From NCBI RefSeq assembly GCF_006345805.1, contig NW_021835490.1, forward strand, positions 1 to 40,025: DNA of 40,025 bases. The letters run 5' to 3'. Under the pieces are notes generated by a model. That model ran no database searches, was not told the DNA's origin, and saw only the letters and a list, made by a program, of their open reading frames with translations. Source of the stretch: Octopus sinensis (taxonomy: Eukaryota). Position 1 is the first letter of the stretch, and the number at the start of each line of letters is the position of its first letter. Both the position numbers and the translations under genes were made by a program. This document shows, one piece after another, positions 1-11,107 of this stretch.

Positions 1-222
1 GGAGTGGCTTTTGTTGTAAGAAGGTGTTTCTGTCAACCGCATGTTCTGGTTAAGTTCCATTGCGTAGCACCTTGGCAAGTGTCATCAACTATATCCTCCG
101 TAACGTAGCGGTTCGGCAAAAAAAGACCATAGAATAAGTACTAGACTTACGAAGAATAAATCCTGCGTCGACTCCAGCATAGGCGCAGTCAAATGACTAA
201 AACAAGTAAAAGAATAAAATAT
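1..222 (+). mobile_element. S2 SINE with internal deletion
   Basis: Diverged head joined directly to the 3' part (GTAACGTAGCGGTTCGGC). Confidence 0.7.
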
Positions 223-250
223 ATACTATTGTACACATATACACCACATA

Positions 251-630
251 GGCGCAGGAGTGGCTGTGTGGTAAGTAGCTTGCTAACCAACCACATGGTT
301 CCGGCTCAGTCCACTGCGTGGCATCTTGGGCAAGTGTCTTCTGCTATAGCCCCGGCCGACCAATGCCTTGAGTGGATTTGGTTAGACGGAAACTGAAAGA
401 AGCCTGTCGTATATATGTTATATAATATATATGTGTTTTGGCCCCCTAGCATTGCTTGACAACCGAGATGGTTGTTTACGTACCCGTCACCTAGCGGTTC
501 GGCAAAAGAGACCGATAGAATAGTATTGGGCTTACAAAGAATACGTCCCGGGGGGTCGATTTGCTCGACTAAAGGCGGTGCTCCAGCATGGCTGCAGTCA
601 AATGACTGAAACAAGTACAAGAGTAAAGAG
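251..630 (+). mobile_element. tRNA-derived SINE family S2, full length
   Basis: Head GGCGCAGGAGTGGCTGTGTGGTAAG..CAACCACATGGTTCCGG, CORE-like CTTGGGCAAGTGTCTT, internal (TA)n, tail GCAGTCAAATGACTGAAACAAGTA; reverse-complement twin at 16950-17358. Confidence 0.85.
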
Positions 631-649
631 TAACACATACACACACAAG

Positions 650-790
650 AGGGGGGGCGGAAGAGTTTCTGGTTTTAAGAGTTTCGCGAAAGGCGTTTGT
701 TGAGGACCAACTTTCGGAGTTCTTTTTACAGGGCTCGGAAAAACTGAAGGATCACTGCAATAAGTGTGTGAATCTGAGAGAGGGATATAT
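650..790 (+). mobile_element. Mariner MITE, partial
   Basis: Shares GAAAAACTGAAGGATCACTGCAATAAGTGTGTGAATCTGAGA with 17383-17595. Confidence 0.7.
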
Positions 791-794
791 TTAA

Positions 795-944
795 TTCTTT
801 ATTACCCACAAGGGGCTACACACAGAGGGGACAAACAAGGACAGACTAACTGATTAAGTCGATTATATCGACCCCAGTGCGTAACTGGTACTTATCTTAT
901 CGACCCCGAAAGGATGAAAAGCAAAGTCGACCTCGGCGGAATTT
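795..944 (-). mobile_element. S1 SINE, 5'-truncated
   Basis: S1 tail and core on the minus strand. Confidence 0.8.
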
Positions 945-1094
945 TCTGTCTTAAGAATAAGAAAGAAGTTCTATTTCGCTACTAGAATGTGTAAATTTTG
1001 CAAGATTTTTCTAAGAATTCCATTTATCATGGATGAAGACATTTCTGCATCTGCAGATTTACTGCTAAAGGCACGAGAGATGTTTGAAAACACT

Positions 1095-1240
1095 TGCACA
1101 CACACACACCACACACACACACACAAAACACACACACACCACCACACACACCACACACCACACACACCCACACACACACACACACCACACACACGCACAC
1201 ACGCACACACCACATCTATGTATATATATATATGTATGTA

Positions 1241-1295
<55 letters not shown>

Positions 1296-1365
1296 TATTA
1301 TATTATATTATGTATGTATATATATATATATGTGTGGTGTGTACATACATGTATATATATATGTT
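1095..1365. repeat. Compound (CA)n/(TA)n microsatellite
   Basis: Direct inspection. Confidence 0.95.
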
Positions 1366-1444
1366 TACGTGTGTGTTCTTTTGAGCGTTTCTGTGTGTGT
1401 GTTTCTCTGTGTGTTTGTGTGCCCATCTGTACGTTGTTCCGCCA

Positions 1445-1637
1445 CCCTCCGCTTGACTACTGCTGATGGTGTTTGCATCCACGTAACCTAGCGGTTCAGC
1501 AAAACAGACTGATAGAATTATTACCTGGCTTAAAAAAGTAAGTACTCTGGTTGGTTCATTCAACCAAAGATTCAAGGTGGTGCCCCAGTATGGCCATTGT
1601 CTAATGACTGAAACGAATAAAGATAACAGATAACAAA

Positions 1638-1679
<42 letters not shown>

Positions 1680-1915
1680 TTGTGTGTGCTTGAATGTGTG
1701 AAAGTGTGTGTGTGTGTGTGTGATTGTCCCCCACCATCACTTGACAACCGGTGTTGGTGTGTATCCGTTCCCGTAAAACTAGCAATTCGGCAAAGGAGAC
1801 CGATAAAATACGCCAAGCAAAATAAACAAAACAAAGAAAAAGATGTACCGCGGTCGATTCATTCGACCAAAAGTTCTTCAAGGCGGTGCCCCAGTATGGT
1901 CGCCGTCTAATGAAT
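1445..1915 (+). mobile_element. Two S2 3' halves separated by (GT)n
   Basis: GTAACCTAGCGGTTCAGCAAAA..GGTGCCCCAGTATGGCC..AATGACTGAAAC occurs twice. Confidence 0.7.
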
Positions 1916-2593
1916 GAAACTCCTGAACCATGGAAGATATTGTACAAAGCGTAGCCAATCGGGATAGAACTTGACATAGGCATCGTTGGATTTGAACTCG
2001 GAACAACACAAAGCAGCGGAGCATACATCACATGACATGTTGGTTGATGCACCAACAATTCCGAGAACCCGCCGCTCTGAACGTTAGTACTTTATTTCAT
2101 CGGTCCCAGGTAGATGAAAGGCGAATGCCGACCTCAGTGGGATTCGAACGGAGAAACACAAAGAAGCGTAACCAATACCGCAAAGAGCTCTTTGTCCTAA
2201 ATCTATTACGATTCGCGTCAAATTATCGCCACAGGATGCATTATATGTTACACAAATGCGAGGTGATCACGGCTGGATTGCCTTTGATCATATGTCTGCT
2301 AGATAGTGGAGGTTCTCTTGGGGCTAAAACAGCAGCAACAGCAACTTGAAAGAAAAGTTTGTGGCGATATTGATCTACGAAATTACGATCTCATAATCCG
2401 CGTTGTAATTAATCGGCCATTTACCGTCGAGAAAGTTTACTTTCATACCAGATGACGGCAATGACTAGCGATCGGAAATATCACCAAAGCCGGTGCCCCA
2501 GAATGGCCGCGACCTAATGACTGAAACCAATAAACCAATAAAAGGACGTACATAAATGAATAAGATATTTAACACCTTTGAGGTGTATCGACT

Positions 2594-2925
2594 TAGCGGA
2601 AGCGCGTTGGTTGAGTGGTTAAGGGATTGAGCTCATGAACATAAGACCATGATTTCGATTCCCGCCTACGCGTGTGACCTTGAGCAAGACACTTTATTTC
2701 ACATTGCTCATGTTCACTCCGCTGAAAAAATGAGTATTTCAATTTGTTTTGTATTTCAAAAAGGGTCAGTCTAGTTACATTCTGTGTCACGCTGAATCTC
2801 GCTTAGAACTACGTTATGGATACACGTGTCTGTGGAGTACTCAGCCACATGCACGTTAGTTTCATGAGCAGGCTGTTCCGTTGATCGGATCAACTGCAAT
2901 ACTCGTCTTCGTAATAGAGGGAATA
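2594..2925 (+). mobile_element. tRNA-derived SINE family S4
   Basis: tRNA-like head, CCTTGAGCAAGACACTTTATTTC, tail GCAGGCTGTTCCGTTGATCGGATCAAC; related pieces on the minus strand at ~19190-19235 and ~19410-19700. Confidence 0.65.
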
Positions 2926-3537
2926 TCATTTTGTATTGAGTAAGTGTCTACTTGACATAATAGAAACACCAGCCAAACCTCTATGAAATCAGACATCATG
3001 TGATGCTGGATACCATGCAAGCAGGAGAAAAAGAAAAAAAAAACGGGTGGTCACGGATGGAATGTTTTACATCAAAGATCTGCTCAATCAAGGATGAATT
3101 GGATACTGAGCAATCCCTGCAACAGCAACAATAACAACGACAAAAATAGGTGAGTTGTTACTGTTTACCTCTAAAACGACTTCGATTCAGTACAGCCATG
3201 GTTAACGGCACTCTAACCATGGCCATCACGTGTTTTTTTTTTCTGATACAGGACTAAACCTGAAACATCTCTACACGGCCTTTATTTTTCGATAAAACAT
3301 TAGGATGTATTTTGTTGATAGATTTAGCTGTTATTTTTAGTCGGTCGATCAAGTTCCCTTTTGTTACGATATATAAATGCTTTGACGAAGTAGATTTATG
3401 ATCAAAGACTCTCCAACTATGGCCACAATGTCTCTATTCCTGATATATGTCTGTGAAGAATACATTACTCAACTCATTGTGTCGTACGAGAGCAAGCTGT
3501 GATTTGAAAGTGATTTGGCTGCTATTTCTAGGGTGCA

Positions 3538-3614
3538 CCAGCCTTCATCAGGTGTCTTGGGGAAATTTCGAATCTGGGTTCTCATTCCTAAGGTAATTTT
3601 TGTTGTTGCTGTTG

Positions 3615-3653
<39 letters not shown>

Positions 3654-3874
3654 TATTATTATTATTATTATTCAGGTCACTGCCTGGTATCGAATTCGGA
3701 ATCTTGGGGTTAGTAGCCCGCGCATTTAAGCACTACGCCATATGCCCATGATGAAGGCTGGAGGGTATATCAGCTGAAACGTTGTGTTAACAACAAACAA
3801 GATGAGGACAAATATCCGTCAAATGTAAATAATGTAAATAATGTAGACAATTCCTCGTCTCTTAAATATAGAAC
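3538..3874. mobile_element. Family H1 copy A with inverted 5' portion
   Basis: 3538-3747 is the reverse complement of head+(AAT)n+linker up to CACCTGATGAAGGCTGG. 3749-3874 is the plus-strand 3' part from TGATGAAGGCTGG to TCTTAAATATAGAAC. Confidence 0.85.
3749..3787 (+). ncRNA. 5'-truncated hammerhead motif (H1)
   Basis: aTGATGA-A-GGCTG..CAGCT-GAA-ACGT-T-GTGTT. C3 and the 5' strand of stem I were lost at the inversion junction. Confidence 0.6.
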
Positions 3875-3929
3875 AGAAGAAAGACTGTTAAACATTTTGA
3901 TCTTTAATAGCAATAATCGTGTATACGAA

Positions 3930-4300
3930 AGGCCCAAGGCCTGAGATTTTGTGGGGAGGGGTCAGTCGATTACATCAACCCCAGGGCTCAACTGATAATT
4001 ACTTTATTGACCTTGAAAAGATGAAAGGTAAAGTCAACCCCAGTGAAATTTGAACTCGGGGTGTAAAGCCGAAAGAAATGCTGCTAAGTGTCTTGATCTT
4101 AATCCCTTTTTCTGTAGGGCCAAGGCTTGAAATTTTGGGTGAAGGAGGCTATTCAATTTCGTAGATCCCAGTGCTCAATGGTTATATATTTTATCGACCT
4201 CGAAGAGATGATGGGTAAAGTCGACCACGGCGGAATTTGAACTCAGATAGTCGAGTCCGATGAAATGTCGCTAAGCGTGGCGCCGGCCGTGTTAACAATT
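3930..4300 (-). mobile_element. Two older S1-related SINE copies (alternative tail)
   Basis: Diverged S1 cores at ~3930-4095 and ~4115-4300. Confidence 0.7.
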
Positions 4301-4467
4301 CCGTTGTTTTAGAAAGTAACAGAATAGTATATAAACATGGGAAGAATAGAGTTTAGCGCCCTCTATTTTTGTTTCATTGTTTAAAAACTTTTATTTTTAA
4401 TTGTTTTTATCTTCTTCGGAACTTTTGTTTCTTTAATTACCTTAATGATACATTAATCTATTCTTCT

Positions 4468-5037
4468 CTAGGCACAAGGCCCGAAATTTGTGGGGAGGGA
4501 GCCAGTCAATTAGAGCGACCCTAGTAAGCCACTAGTACTTAATTTATCGATCGCGAAAGGATGAAATGCAGAGTCGACCTCGGTGGAATTTGAACTCAGA
4601 ACGTAAAGACAAACGAAATACCTATTTCTTTACTACCTACAAGGGCTAAACACAGAGAGGACAAACAAGGACAGACAAACGGATTAAGTCGATTACATCG
4701 ACCCCAGTGCATAGCTGGTACTTATTTAATCGTTCCCGAAAGGATGACAGGCAAAGTCGACCTCGGCGGAATTTCAACTCAGAACGTAAAGACAGATGAA
4801 ATACCCATTTCTTTACCACCCACAAGGGGCTAAACACAGAGGGGACAAGCACGGACAGACAAATGGGTTAAATCGATTACATCAACCCCAGTGCATAACT
4901 GATACTTAATTTATTGACCCCGAAAGGATAAAAGGCAAAGTCAACCTCGGCGGAATTTGAACTCAGAACGCAGCGGCAGACGAAATACCACAAATCATTT
5001 CGCCCGGTTTGCTAACGACTCAGCCAGCTCGCCGCCT
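4468..5037 (-). mobile_element. tRNA-derived SINE family S1 (Meta-domain-like), head plus three tandem bodies
   Basis: Head GGCGGCGAGCTGGCTGAGTCGTTAGC at 5037-4988, then units of 184 bp (4804-4987), 183 bp (4621-4803) and a partial third. All carry GAGGTCGACTTTGCCTTTCATCCTTTCG..GATAAATTAAGTAC. Confidence 0.85.
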
Positions 5038-5624
5038 TTGTCGCCCATTCTATGATAATTATTACGAATGTAGGATCATTAGAGCGTTAGAAAAAAAAAG
5101 ATGCGGTAGTCTGTTCTTACTCTCTGCCTTCAGAGTTCAATTCCTGCCGAGGTCATCTTGCCTTTTAGCCCGATAGGATCGATGTAGTAAAGTACTAGAT
5201 AAGTACTCGGTCGACGATATAAGCAAGTGAAATTTGAGTTGGGTTTCCTTAAGAAATGACTATTGCAAACAAAACACAACTGGAACCAATGAAGATAGTT
5301 CTATGCTGCTACATTTTGTGCTTGAAATAGCAGCCAAACCATTTTTACATTTCACCCTTGTATCTGAAATAAAGAAGACGGCGTTGCGTAATTTAACCCT
5401 CGAAATATAGAAAAAAATTCGGAATGGTCAACGTTGGAACGCTTTTGATAAAAGTTCTGCTTGATGTGGCATGACTTGCAGCTGAACAGCACCATTGCTT
5501 CATACAACAAAACAGCCAAGACTTGTTTTTCCTTTTTTTTTTTTGGACCTCATCAAATAAGGTAATTCAAGCGAAGACGGTGACGTCTTTGGTATCGTTC
5601 TGACGGATAACGAAGGCGTGTTCC

Positions 5625-5737
5625 TGGTTGTGTGTGTATGCGTGTAAGAGAGAGGGAGAGGGGAGAGATATAGAGAGAGAAGGATAGAGAGATAAAAAGA
5701 GATAGATAGACAGATAGATAGATGGATAGATAGATAG

Positions 5738-5787
<50 letters not shown>

Positions 5788-6040
5788 GGAGAGAGAAAGA
5801 GGCGGAGATAGAAAAAAGATAGACAAATAGATTGATAGATAGAGAAAGAGAGCGAGAGAGAGAGAAAGATGTATGTATATATATATATATATATAATATA
5901 TATATATATATTTAGAGAGAGGGAGAAAGTGAAAACAAGAGGGAGAGAAAAAGAGAAATAAATAGACATATAGATAGATAGATAGGGAGAGAGAGAGAGA
6001 GGCAGAGATAGATAAAGAGATTGATAGATAGAGAAGAGAA

Positions 6041-6081
<41 letters not shown>

Positions 6082-6120
6082 TAGCGAGAGAGAAGAGAGA
6101 GAGAGAGATAGAGAGAGAGA
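5625..6120. repeat. (GA)n/(GATA)n/(TA)n compound repeat
   Basis: Direct inspection. Confidence 0.95.
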
Positions 6121-6671
6121 AGGGCAGAATATTATCGTATTTTTTCCTAGCCCCTACTCCACACTCTGCCTTTATCTCTCTGGTCGTAGCCAAAAACTGC
6201 TTGCGCTGGATGTAGTTTGTGCACCACCAACGAGACTAGTTTGGGGGCAAAGTATGAAGCTATTACAAACCGAGAAATCTGGCAGAAGCTTTGCAATAAA
6301 ATGTACTCTTCTAGAGAAACCCCAAATGTACTCTACTAGAGACACCCAGAATGTACTCTACAAATTTATCCCAAATCAGTCACAATGAAGTAATGAGTAT
6401 AATCATCAGATTTACCAAAAATAGCGAAGAAATCAATCAGCGGCTCTCATTCTCATTCTGGACTGGTACTTCGTTTACCGACCTCTAAATGATGAAAAGT
6501 GTCGTCGACCTCAGCGGGATTTGAACTCAGTGTGTAAAGAGACGCAAAACATGTAGCAAGATGTTTTGTCTAACCCTCGAACGCTTCCGACATAATTTCT
6601 AACAGAGATACAAAAATATAGTTCTATATTTAAGGGATGAGGAATTATGTACATTATTTACTTATGCCCTC

Positions 6672-6921
6672 GGGCATATGGCGCAGTGCTTAAGAGCGCG
6701 GGCTACTAACCACAAGATCCAGAGGTCGATTCCAGGCAGTGACCTGAATAATGACAGTAATAATAATAATAATAATAACATCGAAAAATGCCTTAAGAAT
6801 AAAAACTCAGGTTCGAAATTTCCCCAGGACACCTGATGAATGCTGGAGGGTATATCAGTCGAAACGTTGTGTTAAGAACAAACAAGAGGAGGACAAATAT
6901 TCGTCAAATGTAAATAATGTA
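6672..6921 (+). mobile_element. tRNA-headed, hammerhead-containing SINE-like element (family H1), copy B
   Basis: Head GGGCATATGGCGCAGTGCTTAAGAGCGCGGGCTACTAACC...GTCGATTCCAGG (A-box/B-box-like, 6672-6744), then (AAT)n, a conserved linker, hammerhead 6828-6873 and tail ...GACAAATATTCGTCAAATGTAAATAATGTA. Same modules in the same order at 21089-21435 and, split, at 3538-3874. Confidence 0.85.
6828..6873 (+). ncRNA. Minimal type I hammerhead ribozyme motif (H1)
   Basis: Stem I GACAC/GTGTT; core CTGATGA 6833-6839; extra A; stem II tGCTG/CAGTc (closing pair mismatched); GAA 6861-6863; palindromic ACGT; predicted GUU cleavage after 6868. Confidence 0.75.
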
Positions 6922-7134
6922 TAGATACAAGGATACACATTTTTTTTTGTTTGGAAGAGGGGAAGAGATCGATTATATTCCTAGTTCTCTATAGTTACAA
7001 TGCTGGAAATGATGGAGGGAGAGTTGAACTTAGACCGTAAAAGGACTGCAACGGAAAATTGCTAAGACTTTATTTACTAAAAGGTTTAGGACGAATGCAG
7101 AAAAAACAGAGAAGAGAGAAAGCAAAGGAGGTGT

Positions 7135-7260
7135 TTATGTGTGTCTATACAATATGTATGTATGCGTTTGTGGATACATACATACATACATACATACATA
7201 CATTTATATACACACATATATATACACATATACATATACGTATACATATAGGTATATATA

Positions 7261-7314
<54 letters not shown>

Positions 7315-7520
7315 CAATATATATATTTATTGATTGCTATTTCCAGTAAACATTGTGCCTTGTTGTACCACTACTCTCTCTCTCTCTCTCTCTCTCTCTG
7401 TTGTATATATATATATATATATATATATACATTGGAGAATTTGATTTTGAAAATGCACCTGAATTTGGAAAACGAGTTGTTTTTAAATTGATTTTTCCTC
7501 TGTGCGGATACACCTCTTCT

Positions 7521-7568
<48 letters not shown>

Positions 7569-7575
7569 CATGCAT
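7135..7575. repeat. (TACA)n/(TA)n/(CT)n/(CA)n microsatellites
   Basis: Direct inspection. Confidence 0.9.
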
Positions 7576-8276
7576 GTATGTAGTGTGGGTGTGCGTATGT
7601 AAAAACCATACCTTTGTATATATGTAAGAAACATACACGGCCACACACACAGAGACTAACCACAATTCATTGTATCCTTTTTTGTTTTCTGTTCAAAGGT
7701 TTTGTACTGGTAATCCGTAACGATTCTTTGGCAGAAACGTCAGCGTCCTGAGGGAGACAGAAAGGCGTTTATAAAACTTCTGGCTCCTTGCATTGGACGT
7801 TCAAATCTCGACGAGTTCAGTTAGCTTCCTTTAATCCCCCCCCCCATGCGGATAAAACAAAATACCAGTCATGTACTGAGGTCTAATATCGTCTATACGT
7901 CTCTTTTCAAAGCTCCTTGAGCCGGAATTAAAAATAATTCTATACTGCTGCATCTTTTGAAACAGTTTTAAACATCATTTTTCTCCATAACTAAAAAAAA
8001 AAAATCAATCATCACTCGCCAGTACATCTTGGCCATACCCTAGTAAATTATAATTGCCTGACAGATAAGACAAGTTTATCGCTTGATAATGTTCCCAACG
8101 TGGAATCACCAGCCTGTCTCTTTGTCAGGTTAATTCTTTAGTTTCAAGCAATTTGCATGCAGTCTTGAGAATCGGTATATGAAGCTACCTCGCCGAAGTA
8201 TCCGAATGAAATTCGACGCGTCATTGCGATATAGGTCTTGTGATTTGGCCCCCCGGATAACTGCCCTGGAACTTAC

Positions 8277-8321
8277 GTATACCACAGTGTGTAGGGAGCC
8301 GTCCGCATCATTTCGCCTTTT
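8277..8321 (-). other. Candidate 45-nt exon
   Basis: TTTATTAG| 45 nt |GTAAGT on the minus strand; open as KRRNDADGSLHTVVY or KGEMMRTAPYTLWY. Confidence 0.2.
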
Positions 8322-8714
8322 CTAATAAATGAATTGAAGCAACTTAGAATGTAGGACTAAAAGGGCAAGATTTCTCTCGTAGCTTTTCAAACATTTGCCA
8401 GGGCCGTAAACTGGTTTCCTTGCATGGTTTTGATTTGGTGGGGGTCTGCTTTCCCACATACACCTGAATGTCAGAGGTCATAACTCTCACACACACACAT
8501 TCACACACGCATATTATATTATATGCATGTACACACACATAAATATGTGTATATGCATATACGTGTGCGTGTTTACCGGTCTCCGCAAGTACCTTCAAGG
8601 AGGGTGTTCAACATCCCTGAAAGTCACCTTTCCATATGTACATGCACTCAATGAGAAAATAATACAGGAGTATATGTTATGAATAAGTAACAAAAGGCGC
8701 TAACTTATCAAGTT

Positions 8715-8802
8715 AATTCATTAGCTTACAACTGTTTTTGCTAAGAGAATCAAGCAAGGGTAATGCGTTCTCTGTCCTTAGCCTCTTCAGAGCCTTTGAA
8801 TT
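8715..8802 (-). ncRNA. Degenerate type I hammerhead (family H2) downstream of a PLE-like ORF end
   Basis: Stem I AATTCA-aa-GGCT/AGCT-aa-TGAATT; CTGAAGA (8784-8790); 7-bp stem II base GCTAAGG/TCTTAGC; expected CGAAA reads AAAAA; near-palindromic ACAGTTGT; GUA triplet. Confidence 0.55.
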
Positions 8803-8954
8803 TATTTGTTAAGTAGACCTATATATTTATTAGCGAATTCTATACACACTCATACGTTCGAGACTACATAACTTGATATATTATCGGTAGGTATCGAAAG
8901 AACAAAGAATTCTACTGATGTTCAGCTTGAGTAACATTTAATACCATTTTCAAA

Positions 8955-9335
8955 TTTTAGCACAAGGCCAGCAATTTCAGTGAAAAGGGTAAGTCGTGTA
9001 CAACGACCCCAGTGCTCAGCTGGTACTTATTTCAATGACTCTGAAACGAAGAAAGATAAAGTTGACCTCGGCGGAATTTGAACTGAGAACGTAAAGACGG
9101 ACGGAATGCCTCAAAGAATTTTGTCCCGCATGCTAAAGTGCAAAGCGGGCGTAATATTAGTTTTCAAATTTTGGCACAAGGCCAGCAATTTCGGGAGAGA
9201 AGGTAAGTCAATTACATCAATTCCAGTGTTCAGTTGATACTTATTCTATCGATCCCGAAATATGAAAGACACAATCAACCTCGGTGTAATTTGTTGTCAG
9301 CATTTTATCCGGCACGTAGTGATTCTGCCAAAACA
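8955..9335 (-). mobile_element. Two older S1-related SINE copies
   Basis: Both begin TTTTAGCACAAGGCCAGCAATTTC and contain the S1 core. Confidence 0.7.
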
Positions 9336-10399
9336 CCGATTTGGGTCAAAGCGTAATATTAAAAATTCCGTAGGGCTCTCAGAACTGTTAGCGAGTCGCA
9401 CTCTAAATACTTCGAGGCATTTATTTCGGGCGCTCTAAGTTCTGAGTTCGACTCTACCGAGGTCAAACTAGACTTTTATCCTGTCGGGATGGATGAAAAA
9501 AAAGTACCCCTTTAGTACAGCGGTCGGAGAACACGACATATCCTTTCTTTCAAAATTGCTGGCCTTGTGTCAAGATTAGAAATGTATATATTAATAATTC
9601 CGTATAGCGTATATTTATTCAAGAAAAAAAGAAAAAGTTTAGCACCTTGATTCTTCAGACAGATGAAAGATAGATAGAGAGAGAGAGAGGGAAGAGAGAG
9701 AGGGAGAGAGAGAGAGGGAGAGAGAGAGATTAAAGGTCTCAGCTCTCTAAGATGCAAAAGCTGTCACTATTTCTCATGTAAGTTGTTGCCGAATGCACCG
9801 CAAGCCATCAGAAAACGCTCACCATTCTTCTCAACCCCCCTCACAGTGACCCACATCTGTTGTTGCCCTCGAGGAAAATATAGGAATGTTTGTAAATAAT
9901 CGTGGGTCTGTGGGGTTCCCATGTTTGGCTCCAGGTGACGCTCGCCTTCTCAAAGGATTCTCAGCTGACTTAGTCACACATTTTTATAATTTGTAAGCCA
10001 TTATCAGGTCTTTGTGTTTTTATTTTCCACTTTTATGGTTCCTATTAGAAATCCCAGATACATCCTTCCAACTTAGGGCCCCACTTATGACGAAATACTA
10101 CTACTACTACTACTACTACTACTGAGGTGGCGAGCTCGTACCGGGAAAATGCTTGACGACATTTCGCCCGTCATAACGTTCTGAGTCCAAATTCCGACAA
10201 TATTGACTTCGCCTTTCATCCTTTCAGTATCAATGAAAATAAATAATTCAACTGGGGCTGAAGTAACGGACTCGCCCCCTTTGCCACAATTTTAGACTTT
10301 GTACCTAGATTACTATTATTATTATTATTATTAGTAGTAGTAGTAGTATTGTTGTTGTTGTTGTTGTTATGATAGCGGCGAGCGGGGTCGATTAAATAA

Positions 10400-11015
10400 A
10401 CACCTGTTTGCAACCTGCAGTCTACGGTACCCGGCTATTACCGTTCCCTGCTATCTGTTCTCTTCAATTATCTAATACTTTTCTGATTATTCTGGCCATG
10501 GCAAGGAGGCAAACTTTTTTCAACAATTCTACTATATACCCTATCAAAATTTTATTTTATATCCCTCTTACACCTTCTAATACTTTCCCTGGGGCCCCAC
10601 TTATAATTGGCCCTGTCTTCACATTTTTCATTTTCCACAGTCGAGCTGTTTCGTATTTAAGAGTATCGTATATATCTATATTTGCGCCTTTCTTCGTGGA
10701 TCAAAAGGGTACGTAACATCAATTATGGAGAATATATGTGGTTCACCTTCTTCACTACCACTAAGTCCAGTTTGTTGTGCTCAAGCAACTAGTCCGTTTG
10801 GATTTGGAAATCTAACAAGATTTTGTAGGTCCCCGATTCAGCCTCTCTATGGGGTTCGTTCTCATACAACATCTTGCCTTTCTAATCAGTCCCTTTTCAC
10901 ACAGTTCTCAATGCAGCACTTTCCCTGTGTCTTCAGCAAAATTTACAACGGTTTTGGGTTGGCTGAGGCCTTCATTGACAAATCCATTACAAATTCGGCA
11001 GAATGGGACATGCTC
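10400..11015 (-). mobile_element. Decayed R4/Dong-clade LINE 3' end
   Basis: Minus translation PFCRIC..GKVLH*ELCEK..YENEP..YKILLDFQIQTD..NKLDLVVV..IIDVTYPFD..YETARLWKMK..GPIISGAPG..LLKKVCLLAMARIIRKVLDN*, followed by (AAC)n/(TAA)n. Confidence 0.8.
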
Positions 11016-11019
11016 TCTA

Positions 11020-11031
11020 TATATATTAGAG

Positions 11032-11107
<76 letters not shown>

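Noticed and set aside
2190-2470. Unique non-coding block with TAATTA, possible enhancer or exon
   Set aside because: Cannot be distinguished from background without comparative data.
6672-6744. tRNA gene (also at 21089, 21730 and in other SINE heads)
   Set aside because: Acceptor, anticodon and T stems are broken and each is followed by a SINE body; these are tRNA-derived heads, not tRNA genes.
8344-8480. piggyBac-like DIQVYVGK motif in the minus ORF
   Set aside because: A single short motif with no following DNxF/Y motif or TIRs.
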